Origin: Octopus sinensis
Taxonomy: Eukaryota
DNA: 64,000 nt
Direction of reading: 5' to 3'
Assembly: GCF_006345805.1 (NCBI RefSeq)
Contig: NC_043019.1
Location: forward strand, 27,961,360 to 28,025,359
How positions within the stretch are numbered: position 1 is the stretch's first letter; every line of letters starts with the position of its first letter. The translations under genes and the position numbers were made by a program. This document shows, piece by piece, positions 12,290-25,341 of the stretch. Below the pieces are notes generated by a model. It was not told the origin of the DNA and did no database searches. It saw only the letters and a program-made list of their open reading frames with translations.

Positions 12290-12632
12290 TTACGGCACAA
12301 AAGAAATCACTTTAAACTTGCTAAAACAATATTCAGGATGCCTTTATCCCTACTAAGTATAGATGCAGATGTGTTACCTAAGATTAATTTTGAGGTCCTG
12401 ATCAAAGACTTTGCAATTCAAAAAAGTAGGAGGAAGCTTTTCAAATATAAATAAAGTGGAAGTATACAAAAATAAACATTATTTTCCCTCTTACTGTTTT
12501 TTTTTTCATTTTCAAAAATAAAAATATATTTTATGGTTTGTTATTGTTTATATTTTGAATTACATAATTTTTTATGGGGACACCAAAATCTTTTAAGAGC
12601 TTAGGGCCATGTTGGGGCTTAATCTGGCCCTG
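12290..12632 (+). mobile_element. hAT transposon 3' remnant
   Basis: LSIDADVLPKINFEVLIKDFAIQKSRRKLF (hAT dimerisation-domain tail), followed by a terminal ttaatctggccctg typical of hAT right ends. Confidence 0.65.
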
Positions 12633-13573
12633 ACTGCAAGACACTTGTTTCTGTCCTATCTGGCACAAAGCCACCTCCCTCAGTACTATTCCCCGCTCCA
12701 ACACAGTCTTGTCTTGCAAATTATTTGATAACCTCACTGCTGCTGATGCCACATAAAAAGCACCCAGTACGCTCTGTATAGTGTTTGACATTAGGAAGGG
12801 CATCCAGCCTCAGAAACCATGCCAAAGCCAACAGTACAGCTTGGTGCTGTCTTCTGACTCAACACCTCCTGTCAAATTATCCAATTCATACCAGTATGGA
12901 AAACAGACCTTAAATTATGATCACACAAGCACACACATGCATCCAAGCTATATATGTGTGTGTGTGTGTGTGTATTTATATATGTGTCTGTTTATATATG
13001 TATGTTTGTGTTTGTGTGCATATGCAAACAGTTGTGTGTGTGTGTATGTATGTATGGATATGTGTGTAATGTATGTGAGAAAGAAAGAGAAACTAGTCAC
13101 TGCCAGTGCTTTGCCAATGGTCTGGGGTGGAGAACCCCTCACCCTCACCCCTTTCTCCCCACCGGAAGGCATTAGATTAGATGGTATCCTGTGGAGTTTT
13201 ACATTTCTTTATTTCTGACCTTTTGCCTCCTCGCTTCTGCTACTGGATGAAATAGTACTCCCAGGGACATACCATTATTACCTCCTGTACCACCCTACAC
13301 CCCCACACCACTTCTCAATCTCTTTTTGTCTCCTCCTCCTCCTCCTCTCTCTTTCCTACTCCTACTACTCTCTCCTTCCTCACCTACCTACAGACATAAG
13401 CATACACCAAATACTGGAAAACCATGACTTGGCCTTTTTGTGTTGGTGGTGGTGTTGCTGTTGTTTTTTTTCTTTTTAAATAGTGGCTGAGGGGAGAATC
13501 TTGTACTCTCTCTCCCTCTCTTTCTCTCTCTCTATATATAGATATAGACACTCAGACGTATGTATGTGTGTAT

Positions 13574-13604
<31 letters not shown>

Positions 13605-14457
13605 TAGACACACAGACATATGTATGTATGTATGTATCTATGTATGTATATATATATATATATATATATAGATAGATAGATATAGACACACAGTCGTATG
13701 TATGTATGTATATATATATATATATAGCCACTGTTTCTCCGCCTACAAACACATACACACATGAACAGAGCTTTCTGATTGTCTTGTCAATTATTACAAA
13801 GTACCAGAATAGTAACAAAAGTTCTGTTGTTAACTATCCACCCCACCCCCTGCTCAGCCACCACCACCCCATCAACTACCAAATCGGTCCACTTCCCCAC
13901 TCCCTCACCCACTGGCCGTGTTCTCCCTCCCTCACCCACCCTTCCTACTCTTCATTCCTTCTACCTTCTCCTTTTGATCTGAATATGTATGTATATGCTT
14001 CACATACATGCATAGATTCATACATATACATACAAAGCATGCACAAACACAGATTTACACACATACACATGCACACACTATGTCCTGTCCATGCGGTCCG
14101 TTGGACCTGCTAGAAATACCCAACAGTTCTCCCTCAAATCACATTACCAATTTGAAACAGAAGGTGCAAATTGATTGCTGCACGTCGTGGTTCACTGAAG
14201 ATGAAATCCAAAAATTGTTGAGGCACATTACGGTGGCACAAACAAAAGACCCAATGGACTCTGTACCAACGTTGACATTGGAGCTCAATGCAGCCCTGCA
14301 GTTTTCTGATTCCATGTCAAAGTTTCCTATCCATGCCAGCAAGGAAAGCAGATGTTCAATGAGGATTTGATGATGTTGCAAGGAAAGCTGAAAAGAAAAA
14401 ATGCTTTAAAAACCCTTGAAAAAATAGAGGCAAACTGGTTGTTTACCTGGTGTGTGG

Positions 14458-14665
14458 AAGGTGGCTGATCACACCCTGTTTAAAAGGGTGGCTGGCCTTG
14501 CTCTGTTTATAAGGGTGGATGGACACCTTGTTTGCAAGGGTGGACGGACACCCTGCTTTACAAGGAAGATGGACATCCTTTTTTACAAGGGTGGATGAAT
14601 ACCCTGCCAAGAAGGGTGGCTAGCCACACCCTGGCTACAATGACTGATGGACACCCTGATGCCAA
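14458..14665. repeat. ~24-27-bp minisatellite of palindromic units
   Basis: About 8 units of type aAGGGTGgacggaCACCCTgcttac, abutting a family 3 SINE fragment (14665-14862, -). Confidence 0.8.
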
Positions 14666-16139
14666 TGATATTATTCAAGAGCAAAGGCTGATACAACTTG
14701 GCACCAGTGATGTTGCAACTCAATTCTGCAGCTGAGTGAACTGGAGGAATATGAAAATAAAGTGTCTTGCTCAAGAGCACAATGCACAGCTCAGTCCAAG
14801 AATCGAACTCACTGCCTCATGATTGTGAGCCCGATGCTCTAACCACTGAGCCATGCACCTTCACTTTGTTACCAGATTTCTGTGGAAAAACACTATTTTC
14901 GTTTCAATTTTTGTTTCAATTAATTGGTATGCATGGGCGACTGCTGGTCTTCCATAAACAACCTTGCCCAGACTTGTGCCCTGACCCCTATTTTTATGTA
15001 TAAATAAATTTATATATACTATGAATCATTTGATACTTAATATAGTATTATGTAATTTGTATACAATATTATAATAATATTATCATAAATTCATAGTGTC
15101 CCCCCCAATTTACTACCTTTCTCCCAACACCTTTTTCTTTACAGTTCCCTTAGGCACTAGCACCCACCTGAACTGTCTCAATGCCCACCTGGATGGGGGT
15201 GGTTATGCACACTTTGAGAACCTATGATTAGACGTATTCATATATGAAACCTCTTATCTTTCAGTGCTGGCTCTAATTTCTAAAGAAAATCCATGGAGAT
15301 AACTTTAAAAAGTGACTGAATTGCACTGCTAACACACATAGGACACAGTATTAATTTTAAAAGCCCTTAATATACTTGATAGCGTTCAGGGGCTTGTTTT
15401 CCTGGTGTGCAGTGCACACCCATTGAAAATGGCAAATTCATCTTAGATATAAACCTTTCTCGTTAATTTAGTCCCGAATCTTAATGGAAAACTTTTGTTA
15501 TACCCTTGCTTGAAATTTGATGGCAGTGGGTGTAGAAGCACACCAAATACAATCACCACCATATGCCACTGGTAGGATATTATGGTTGCAAAATGAAGTA
15601 CAGTGTGTCCCTGCCAGCTGTTAATCAAATGCAGTATATAAACCCTCATTTTCTTTAGTAAGTTTTGTAGCAATTTAACATAGAGGCCACTAATCCATGC
15701 AAATGTCTAGAAAAAGCAGAAATGAGGAAAACATGTGGTTAATAAAGCCACTGCATAAAATTAGCTTCTTTTGTTGTTTTAATGTGATCTAATGTTTTGG
15801 AATGAGGTAGGGCTGCAAAACATAAGGTGAGATTATTTGTTATGCTCCATTCCATGAAGAAAGAGGGCTCTGAGCCACTGCAGGTTGAGAACAACTTTGC
15901 TAGAAATAACAACCAAATCTCCCTAAAATCACACTGTATCATTCTAAAAAAAAAAAATGGCTCATTGAACAATGTGATTCTGGGTTCCTTGCACATGTGA
16001 AAATGGGGAGGGACAGTCATGGTTAGAATGTCTTTGGGTTAGAATGTAGTTCTTATTTGGTGTACTGCTCATGTATCTGCAGTGGTGCAGCAGCTGTGCA
16101 CACAAACATTTTAAATTGCAACTGAAGGCAGGCCATGTG

Positions 16140-16480
16140 AATGGCATTGGCATTATTACCACAACCATCACCACCACCACTGCCATTATCATCATCATCA
16201 CTACAACCCCCACCATCATCACCAACCTCACTACAGTCACCATTGCCATCGTCATCACCACCACCATCACCACCACCACCAACACCATTATCACCACCAC
16301 CATTATCACCACCACCACCATCACCACCATCATCACCACCACCATCATCATTACTACCACCACCACCATCATCATCATCACTACAACTACCATCGCCACT
16401 GTCTCCCATCATCATCATCATCACCACTACTACCAATATCAGCAGTCATCACCATCATCACCACCCTGATCAAGGCACCA
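16140..16480. repeat. (CAC/CAT)n low-complexity tract
   Basis: Direct inspection. It produces the poly-Thr, poly-Pro and poly-Val pseudo-ORFs in the track. Confidence 0.9.
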
Positions 16481-17001
16481 ATTTGCTGCTGCTGCCACCT
16501 CTATCATCACCACCAAACCACAAAACCCATGTACAAACATGCCTACCAGACAAAACAAAAACTATACCTCGTTTCGCCAACCCCCCCCACACACACACAC
16601 ACACACCTCACAGCAGAGCTATACCTTTGAGGAGGTACCACGGTGGATGACAGTACCCCCACATCCCACCTACCCCACTCCAGCATTGCTGTTAGTATTT
16701 CATGTAACTCTACACTGTTACGTAAACGTTTTCATCATTATTTTGCAGAAGGGGGAAGGTGGGTAGATGGAGGGTGGGGAGGCAGGGTTCCTCGGGTAAG
16801 AAAATGCGCAGTAGAGGAGCGATGCAGGGGTAGGGATTGCAGAGGCATGGGTGTGTACTGAATCACCCACTTCTCTCTTTAATGCTGTCTTCGTAAGATG
16901 GATATCGGGTGGAAGTTGGGGGGGGGGTCCTCTTTAATTTTCTGCCGTTATTATCTGTGGGGATTTTTTGCTATCAACCACTCCTTGTCGGTTGTGTGTA
17001 C

Positions 17002-17053
<52 letters not shown>

Positions 17054-17127
17054 GTGACCTCGTGTGTACTGTTGGCGATTTTTTTTTTTTCTCTGTCTTC
17101 CCTTCTCTGGATATTTCCTTCTCCTAT

Positions 17128-17162
17128 GTTTCCGACGAAGAGCTCCGCTCGAAACGTTAAAC
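17128..17162 (+). ncRNA. minimal type-I hammerhead-like motif in a probable Penelope-like repeat
   Basis: gttt CCGACGA a GAGC tcc GCTC GAAA cg TT aaac. The core carries a U4C variant, and stem III is the palindrome ACGU. Confidence 0.5.
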
Positions 17163-18439
17163 CTCCTTCTTTCCTGAGCGTCCAATAATACTATATTTGT
17201 TCCACGTCCTCGCGTTGTTGTGTTTTTTTTGTGTGTTTTTTTTTGTTTCGATTAACTATATATATATATATATATATATATACATACACACAGGTGTGTA
17301 TGTGTATGTATATTGCATATGTTTGTGTGTGTGTGTGTAGATATATGCATTTGTCTGTATGAGTGTTTATAGGCATGTACATACAGAACAACATCGAAAC
17401 ATTAAACACACACACTCATACACACACACACATACACACACACACAGAGTAACCTTCAGAAGCATAACCGAGCTTACGTACTCACATGCATGTATGCACA
17501 CCCATACAGAAACGTGGTTGCATTCTTAATAACACACACACACATACACTCTCCAATATATTACTGTGAGATTCCATACCTGTGTGTGTGTGTGTGTGTG
17601 TGTATAAGTTGTGGTATAAAGAATGTCTTAGTGTGAGTGTGTGTTTGCTAAAAAATACTACTCTGCTTTAGGTAGTGTTTGTGTATATGCATGTCATTGA
17701 CAGCATTACTATTTTCTAGTGTATATGCTTACATGTGTATGTATATACATACATATATATATATATATATATAGATATATAGATAGATATATGTGCATGT
17801 GTGTGTTATTGAAAGCTCTACTCTCTTCCAGTGTGTGTTTGCGTTTGCATGGCTGTGTCAGTATCTTCATTATGAAGGCAGGCATTTAACATATTTCCTT
17901 ATGAATGTTTTCTGTTTCATTTGTAATAAACAATATTTCAAGGTTGTTCCCCCACCCCACCCCGACACCGACACCAACCCCCACCAACCATCGCCCCGCA
18001 CCCCCCCCTGCTCCACATTATCAGTTCTTATAAACAACTGTTTTTTTCTTGTTTTTTTCTTGTTGACTTTCCCCTCCTCCTAGTCTTATCTTCTTGGGTG
18101 ATGAAAACAATCTTGAAAATGGCAGTTGGCATTGCTCTCTGTTGCTGTTGTTTTATTTTTAGAAAAAAAAAGTAACAGGAGAACACTGTTTATGTGTCTT
18201 TCTCATTGTTTTTGTGGTCCTTTGGTATTAGGTATCTGTCTGTTTATCTAACCAGGATATGCTCTGAAACCACAACGATGTCAGCTGTCTTAATTCATGA
18301 CTTTGACTCCTGTGCATGTTATTTCGAGGGGTGGAACTGTTCAATTTCAGGTAATTTACACCTGCTTCTGCCCAACACATGTAGTCACCGGTCTTGTAGT
18401 CTGTCTTGTTCGTGACTGCAGTATTTATTTTTTCAGCTC

Positions 18440-19020
18440 TTTGGCCTTTAAACTGGTCACATCCATCCCAAATAATCTAATTGTTTTTTTTTTATGTTCA
18501 AGCCGGTCAGATCCAGCTTCTCACACCCATTCTACAATGTCATTCTAAAAATGTGGCTGTGTGCTAAGAAGTTTGCTTCCCAACCACATGGTTCTGAGTT
18601 CAGTCCCACTGCATGGCACCTTGGGTAAATGTCTCCTGCTATAGCCTTGTGCCGACCAAAGCCTTGTGAGTGGATTTGGTAGACGGAAACTGAAAGAAGT
18701 CTGTCATATATATGTGTGTGTGTGTGTTTGTTCCCCTCCACTACTTGACAGCCGGTGCTGGTTTGTTTATATTCCCATAAGTTAGTGGTTTGGCAAAAGA
18801 GACTAATAAAATAAAATTAAAAAATTACTACTTAATTAAATTCATTTGGCTAAAATTCTTTAAGGTGGTGCCCCAGCATGGCCACAGTCTAATGACCAAA
18901 ACAAGAAAAAAAACAAAAGATATCACTGTAATCTCTTAAGCTACAAGATAATACATGATTAATTCAAAACAATGTGAATGTATAAGCGTAGCATTTGACA
19001 GAGTAATAAAGGGCTAATCC
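18440..19020 (+). mobile_element. TTAA-type MITE split by a family 1 SINE (18551-18915)
   Basis: The MITE left half ends ctacaatgtcattctaaaaat and resumes at about 18920 (atctcttaagctacaagataatacatgattaattcaaaac). Confidence 0.65.
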
Positions 19021-20616
19021 CAGTTGAAGGGACTTGTTAATAAAACCCAGTCCTTCCATGACCATCTGTCATGTTGTATATCAAAGAGTTGATGTGAGAA
19101 GGAGCTACATTCTCCATTGTGTCTTTTTTTTTTTCTTTTTCAAGATATTAAGGTGTGAATTGGGAGATTTCAGCTGCTATTTCTAACAGGTCATCCAGAT
19201 GGGTATAGATTCCTTTGTTGGTTTACCATTGCCATTATTACTATCACCATCATCATCACCACCATCTTTACCATAATCACCACCATCATCATCAGCAGCA
19301 TCACCCTGATTCCAGCTCCCTTCCTGCATATGTGGAGGCACATGGCTTAGTGGTTAAGATGTTGGACTCGTGATCATAAGATTGTGGTTTCAATTTCTGG
19401 ACCAAGCAATGTATTGTGTTCTTGAGTAAAATACTTCATTTCTCATTGCTCCAATCCACTCATCATCATCATCATCATCATCCATCCATCCATTTTCCTT
19501 GCTGGCATGGGTTGGACGGTTTGGCAGGAGCTGGCCAACCAGGGAGCTGTCCAGATCTCCAATTGTCTGTTGTGGCATGGTTTCTATGGCTGGGTTCCCT
19601 TCTTGAGTACAGCAAGTCACCACAAGTCCCAGCCCCTTGTTGTTTTCTCAGTGAGGCCCACCATCTGAAGATCCTTTCTCACTACTTCGTCCCACTCAGC
19701 TGGCAAAAAATGGGTGATCCTGTGATGATGGACTAGCTTCCTAGCTATATGGCTTTGGGTTCAGTCCCACTGCGTGGCAGTTTGGGCAGGTGTCTTTCAC
19801 TATAGCCCCGAGTCGACCGAAGCTTTGTGATTGAATTCGGTAGGCGGAAATTACTGCTATGTGTGTATGTGTGCGTGTAGGTGCTCAGTGCCTCTCCGAA
19901 AGAGAGAGAGGGAAAAACCTGGGTACTGGCCCTATGAGTTTATACAATTCAGGAAGGATCTCTCTCTCTCTCTCTCTCTCTCTTCTTGCAAGGCCTTCAC
20001 ATTCTGATGCTTTATCTCACCACTAACCACTGCAATCTCACCAATCAAGAGAGGTGGGGATCCATTGCTGTAAAAGTCATGACTGCTACCCCATTTCCAC
20101 CACTGACTAATTGATTAGAACACGACGACAACAACAAGAACAGCAGCGATGACAAGCATGAAAACAGATTCTAAATCTAGATTACAATTTCTAGATTACA
20201 AAATCTTGAGATACCGAGGACGTTAGTCACAAAAATGTACATGCCAGCTCAAACTTTATACACCCATAACAAATATGATACTAGTAGCCAACACACACGT
20301 ACACACCTGTCCCAAATAACAATCCAGTCACACTTAATGCACTTTATGGTCTCCTCACTAAATAATTTTCCCAATCATATTGTCTCCCACCATCCTAATT
20401 TCCCATTATTATAATTCTGTGTTATTTCTAGTCTTACTAAACCCTTTCTTCTTCCTTTTTTTGTGGAGGGGGTCCCTGCATGTACGCAGTGACATATCTT
20501 TAAACTGAAAGTCATCCACATCAATTTCACGCATCCAGGAGGACACTGACCTGCCTTCATTGACTACAAAAGATTCAATATAAAGAAATTTGATATTGAA
20601 AAATGAAATGTATACA

Positions 20617-21201
20617 GACGTAGGAGTGGCTGTGTGGTAAGCAGCTTGCTTACGAACCACATGGTTCCGGGTTCAGTCCTACTGCGTGGCACCTTGGGCA
20701 AGTGCCTTCTACTATAGCCTCAGGCCGACCAAAGTCTTGTGCTTGGATTTGGTAGACGGAAACTGAAAGAAGCCTGTCGTATATATGTATATATATATGT
20801 ATGTATGTGTGTGTGTGTACATGTTTGTGTGTCTGTGTTTGTCCCCGCAACATCGCTTGACAACTGATGCTGGTGTGTTTACATCCTGTAACTTAGCAGT
20901 TTGACAAAAGAGACCAATAGAATAAGTACTAGGCTTACAAAGAATAAGTCCTGGGGTCGATTTGCTCGACTAAAGGCGGTGCTCCTGCATGGCCACGGTC
21001 AAATGACTGAAACACATAAAAGAAGAAAAGAATATATGTTGCAGATGTGGCTGTGTGGTAAGAAGTTTGCTTCCCAGCCACATGGTTCCAGGTTCAGTCC
21101 CACTGCATGGCCCTTGGTCAAGTGCTTTCTACTTTAACCTCAGGCTAACCAAAGCCTTGGGAGCGGATTTTGTAGATAAAAACTGAAAGAAGCTCATCAT
21201 A

Positions 21202-21233
<32 letters not shown>

Positions 21234-21385
21234 CATTTCATTGAGTATGTTTGTCCCCCACCATTGCTTGACAACCAGTGTTGATTTGTCTATGTCCCCA
21301 TAACTTAGCAGTTCAACAAAATAGTCTGATAGACTAATCACTAGGGTTTAAAATGAAAGTATTGGGGTCAAGGTGGTGCCCCATC
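20617..21385 (+). mobile_element. two tandem family 1 SINEs
   Basis: Full consensus at 20617-21028 and a second, more diverged copy at 21040-21385. Confidence 0.8.
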
Positions 21386-21827
21386 TCCTTATCAATATTG
21401 TACTATATATACACACATACATACATGAGGGTTGCTGAAAAGTTCTTAGCTTTGGGTTAAAGAAAATACAGGAGGATCAGTTAATTATATTTTATTCAAC
21501 GTATTCCACTCTCAGATTCACACACTTATTGCAGCAGTCCTTCAGTATTTCTAAGCCCTTGGAAATGTTGGAAAACTTCTTACCACACAGTCTTGCATAT
21601 TTTTATTTTTCCCAATTTCTCTCATTTTTTATCATATTCAAAATATCAATGATAACACTTATGTAAATATAGTTTAAACAAGTTTTGTAAGGTGCTGTGG
21701 TAATTTAAGAAAGTGATAATCAGATATCGGAAAAATTAAGTTATCAAGAAATCCTCCTCAGTGGTGCCATATGGGAGGGACTTTACTGTAGATAGGTTGG
21801 TAGACAGAAATAGAAGTTCTTTTGCTC

Positions 21828-22470
21828 TTGTTTCAGTCATTTGACTGCAACCGTGCTGGAGCACCACCTTTAGTCGAACAAATCAACCCCAGGACTTATT
21901 CTTTGTAAGCCTAGTAAATTAATCTGTTGGTCTCTTTTATAAAACCACTATTTGGCACCTTGGGCAAGTGTCTTTTGCTATAGCCTTGGGCCAACCAAAG
22001 CCTTGTGAGTGGAATTGGTGAGCGGAAACTGAAAGAAACCCGTCATATACATATATATATGTGTGTGTACATGTTTGTGTGTCTGTATTTGCTCCCCCAA
22101 CATCACTTGACAACCAGTACTGGTGTGTTTATGTCCCTGTAGCCTAGCGGTTCAGCGAAAGAAACCGATAGAATAAGTACTAGGCTTACAAAGAATAAGT
22201 CCAGGGGTCGATTTGCTCAACTAAAGGCAGTGCTCCAGCATGGCTGCAGTCAAATGACTGAAACAATTAAAAGAATATATATATATATATATATGTACAC
22301 ACACACAACAGGCTTCTTTTAGTTTCCATCTACCAAATCCACTCACAAGGCTTTGGTTGGCCCAAGGCTATAGTAGAAGACACTTGCCCAAGGTGCTATG
22401 TAGTGGGACTGAACCCAGAACCATGTGGTCTGGAAGCAAACTTCTTACCACACAGCCACTCCTGCACCTA
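21828..22470. mobile_element. family 1 SINE cluster in mixed orientation
   Basis: - tail 21828-21945, + body 21953-22275, - head 22305-22470. Confidence 0.75.
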
Positions 22471-23440
22471 TCTACATATATAGATAGATTGAGAGACATA
22501 CAGCTAAAGATGTATAGATCACTGTAGGCTTGATAGAACAAAAAGGGGAAATAAAACTCAGCACAAGAACATCACCAAGTCTACAAACTCAAGGAGGTGG
22601 GGTGCTGTGTCCTCATGTTAGATGGGAGTTAAGGTTCGCGGGAATAGGTTGGGGCACAGAAAGTCCTTGTTATAGACACGAACTACACAATTACTCACAT
22701 CATTTTGAAGGTGCGAGTGAGAATGAATTAGTAGTGTCTCCGGGGGTGGGGGGGTAGACAGTCGTAATGAGGTGTCCACGTGGCACCTCAGGTAGGAGTT
22801 GGCACCTCAGGGAAGAGGGGTTGCAAGAATGTATGGAGGAAGAGTTAGGGAAAGTGGAGAAGGGGAAGGTAAGCAAAATATGTAAACCATAAAATGTCAG
22901 GAGATTTGAGAGATCAATACACATGTCTCTTGACACCCCAGGCAGAAGATAAACTTTTCACTTCAAATTTCTATAAATTTTTACTGATATTTGATAAGAT
23001 AAAATTCATCGAAACGGATGATATTTTCTTCATATATAATTTTTAAAATCATTTTTATTAAATTCCCTCTTAAATTGAAATGTCTTACTTACTTCTGTGC
23101 TATTTCTACCTCCATCTTATATCTATCTATATATATATATATATTTCTTTTTTTTTTTTTCGTGACCGACCAGACCATCAGATGTTGTTACACATCGCTG
23201 GTCACAATGTGTTTGCATTGTTTTAGCCTTCGAATGACGCCACCCCGCTGGCTAAGCGAGCAGGCCAACAGAAGAAAGAGTGGTGAAAGAGTACAGCAGG
23301 GATCACCACCCCCTGCTGGAGCCTCATGGAGCTTTTTAGGTGTTTTCGCTCAATAAACACTCACAACGCCCGGTCTGGGAATCGAAACCGCGATCCTGTG
23401 ACCGCGAGTCCACTGCCCTAACCACTAGGCCATTGCGCCT

Positions 23441-23475
<35 letters not shown>

Positions 23476-23513
23476 TAGAGAGAGAGAGAGAGAGCGAGAT
23501 CTATTTATATATG

Positions 23514-23549
<36 letters not shown>

Positions 23550-24021
23550 ATTTTTTTTATCCTTTAATCAGTAGAGTTACTAAAGTGATCCAAGTGGCAA
23601 GAGCATCATACATGGCGCTTCACACACATATACATACATTATAGATAGATAAATAGATAGATAGATTGATATTACTGTAGGCATGTTTGTGTTTGTGTGA
23701 TATGAGATGGAATGAAATGAAAGCCTGTATTGTCTTCATTACTGCTAGGCAGTACATCCACACCTAAAAATAGCCCATTGTATCAATACCCTCTTGTGCT
23801 ATATTTATGGCTATTTGGAAAGAGTAGGTAATCTGAAGTAGGGCTTGGAAATGCTGGGTACAGTGTCAGGTGGGTATGTTTAGATGGTGGGGTTGTTTAA
23901 GGTTATCTATATGTTTGTGCTTTTAAAAATATTAAGAAAATCTTTGTGTGTGTTCATGTGTAAACTTTCAAACACACAAGAAAACATGGTTTCTGAAAAT
24001 GTGCCTTTTTTTTTTCTTCAG

Positions 24022-24148
24022 GAAAAGCAAAGCAAAAAGCTCTGATTTCTCCCTATTTGATGATGATGACGATGATGATGACCCCATATCTGATGTATTC
24101 AATAAATCTACAAAGAAGCCATCAGTTCCAGAACCATCCATTGCCAAG
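24022..24148 (+). CDS. WASHC2: WASH complex subunit 2 (FAM21), first visible exon
   Basis: Acceptor tttttcttcag, donor AAG|gtaggc. Encodes KSKAKSSDFSLFDDDDDDDDPISDVFNKSTKKPSVPEPSIAK (LF-acidic repeat). Starts in phase 2, so upstream exons must exist. Confidence 0.8.
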
Positions 24149-24764
24149 GTAGGCAAAACAAATACCACAATCTGCATCCACTCATCCTATTTTTCCTATA
24201 TTTCTTTGGGAGTGTACATATATGAATATATGTGTGTGTTGTAGCTGTGTGGTTTTTGAGAAGCTTCCAGATAAAACAAACAGAAAATTTCCCTCTCATT
24301 GGCTGTCTATCTATGGAACACTGCAGTTTCAGTCTCTTAGGACATGCTCACCAGTCCACTAGTGTCAATAAAGCACAGGCTTGTGGTTAAGTAGTTCACT
24401 TCACAACCATCTGGTTATGGCCCAGATTTTGCTATGTGCCAACTTAGGCAAGTATGTTTTCTTCAGATTGATTGATACCTTGTGAATTTACTTGATAAAA
24501 ACTGTACAGAAGCTTATCAAATAGGACTGAATTTAATTACTCTTGTGAGAGAGATTAAACACCCAATTTGGACAATTGCAAACTTCTTCTGTAATGGATT
24601 GAGAAAACTTTGTGGATGTTTGAGAAAGCCACTAGAAGTCAAAGTTTGACTATATAACACCACACACACAGACACACAAACACGTATGTATGTATGTATG
24701 TCATTCAACTGCATTTGGTGGTAAGGTTCTAATTCAGGAATTGTGGGAAGCATAGTAAAAGGGT

Positions 24765-25100
24765 TAAGACCCCCTTTGGTCATGAATGAGCATGGGATTA
24801 CACCTAGAAAGTTCCCCTCCAAGGCACAAGTCCAGGCAAGGTTGTTTTATGGAAGACCATCAGTCACCCATGCATATCAGCATCTCGTCTCTGTCACTGA
24901 TGTTATCCAAAGGAAAATAAAGGGCCGATATAGCTTGGCCCCAGTGAAATCACAACTCATTTCTACAGCTGAGTGAACTGGAGTTACATGAAAATAAAGT
25001 GTCTTGCTCAAGAACACAACACACAGCCCAGCCTGTGAATCGAACTCACTACAACATGATCCTGAGCCTGACACTCTAACCACTGAGCCATGCACCTTCA
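24765..25100 (-). mobile_element. family 3 tRNA-headed SINE
   Basis: Reverse complement of 49867-50206: tgaaggtgcatggctcagtggttagagtgtc...gagttcgattc...cttgagcaagacact...cactcagctgtagaaatgag. Confidence 0.8.
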
Positions 25101-25341
25101 CACTGTGGGAAGCATGAAGTCACCCCTTAATTACCATTACTCCTTGGTTTGTTCTGACCCAGAACAATTGTGTCTGTCAGGATCCCATCAATTGATTAAA
25201 TAGATTTCCCAGGGGTAGAGGAGGCTCCTGATATTTTTGACAAAGGCATGGCGAAAGCAGATCTTCTTGGAGAATGATATTCTGACATAAAACTTGCAAT
25301 CAAAGTAGCACCAGTCATCTTGTAACGCTTGTCACTGGAAC

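Noticed and set aside
14008-14381. Overlapping 120-aa and 80-aa ORFs
   Set aside because: They end in the common (GAT)-tailed repeat consensus and are bounded by other repeats, with no family similarity.
10209-14665. CRISPR-like appearance of the short repeat arrays
   Set aside because: Units are contiguous with no unique spacers, the context is eukaryotic, and there are no cas genes.
15962-16650. Long Pro-, Thr-, Val- and Gly-rich ORFs (mucin- or extensin-like)
   Set aside because: All frames are open because of (CAC/CAT)n trinucleotide repeats. The same applies to 2031-2513, 4435-4974 and 26524-26808.
16780-16900. G-rich stretch with atgcgcagt resembling a promoter motif
   Set aside because: No CpG island or adjacent first exon, and it is flanked by repeats.
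18256-18350. Exon-like + strand segment (ccag|GATATG...TCAG|gtaatt)
   Set aside because: The peptide is unrelated to FAM21, and its phase-1 end is incompatible with the phase-2 start at 24022.
20438-20563. 126-nt exon-like segment on - (NEGRSVSSWMREIDVDDFQFKDM...)
   Set aside because: The + strand reads HIFKLK-x14-AFIDYK, matching the spacing of RTE RT motifs (DHIxTL...AFIDYEK). No partner exons were found.
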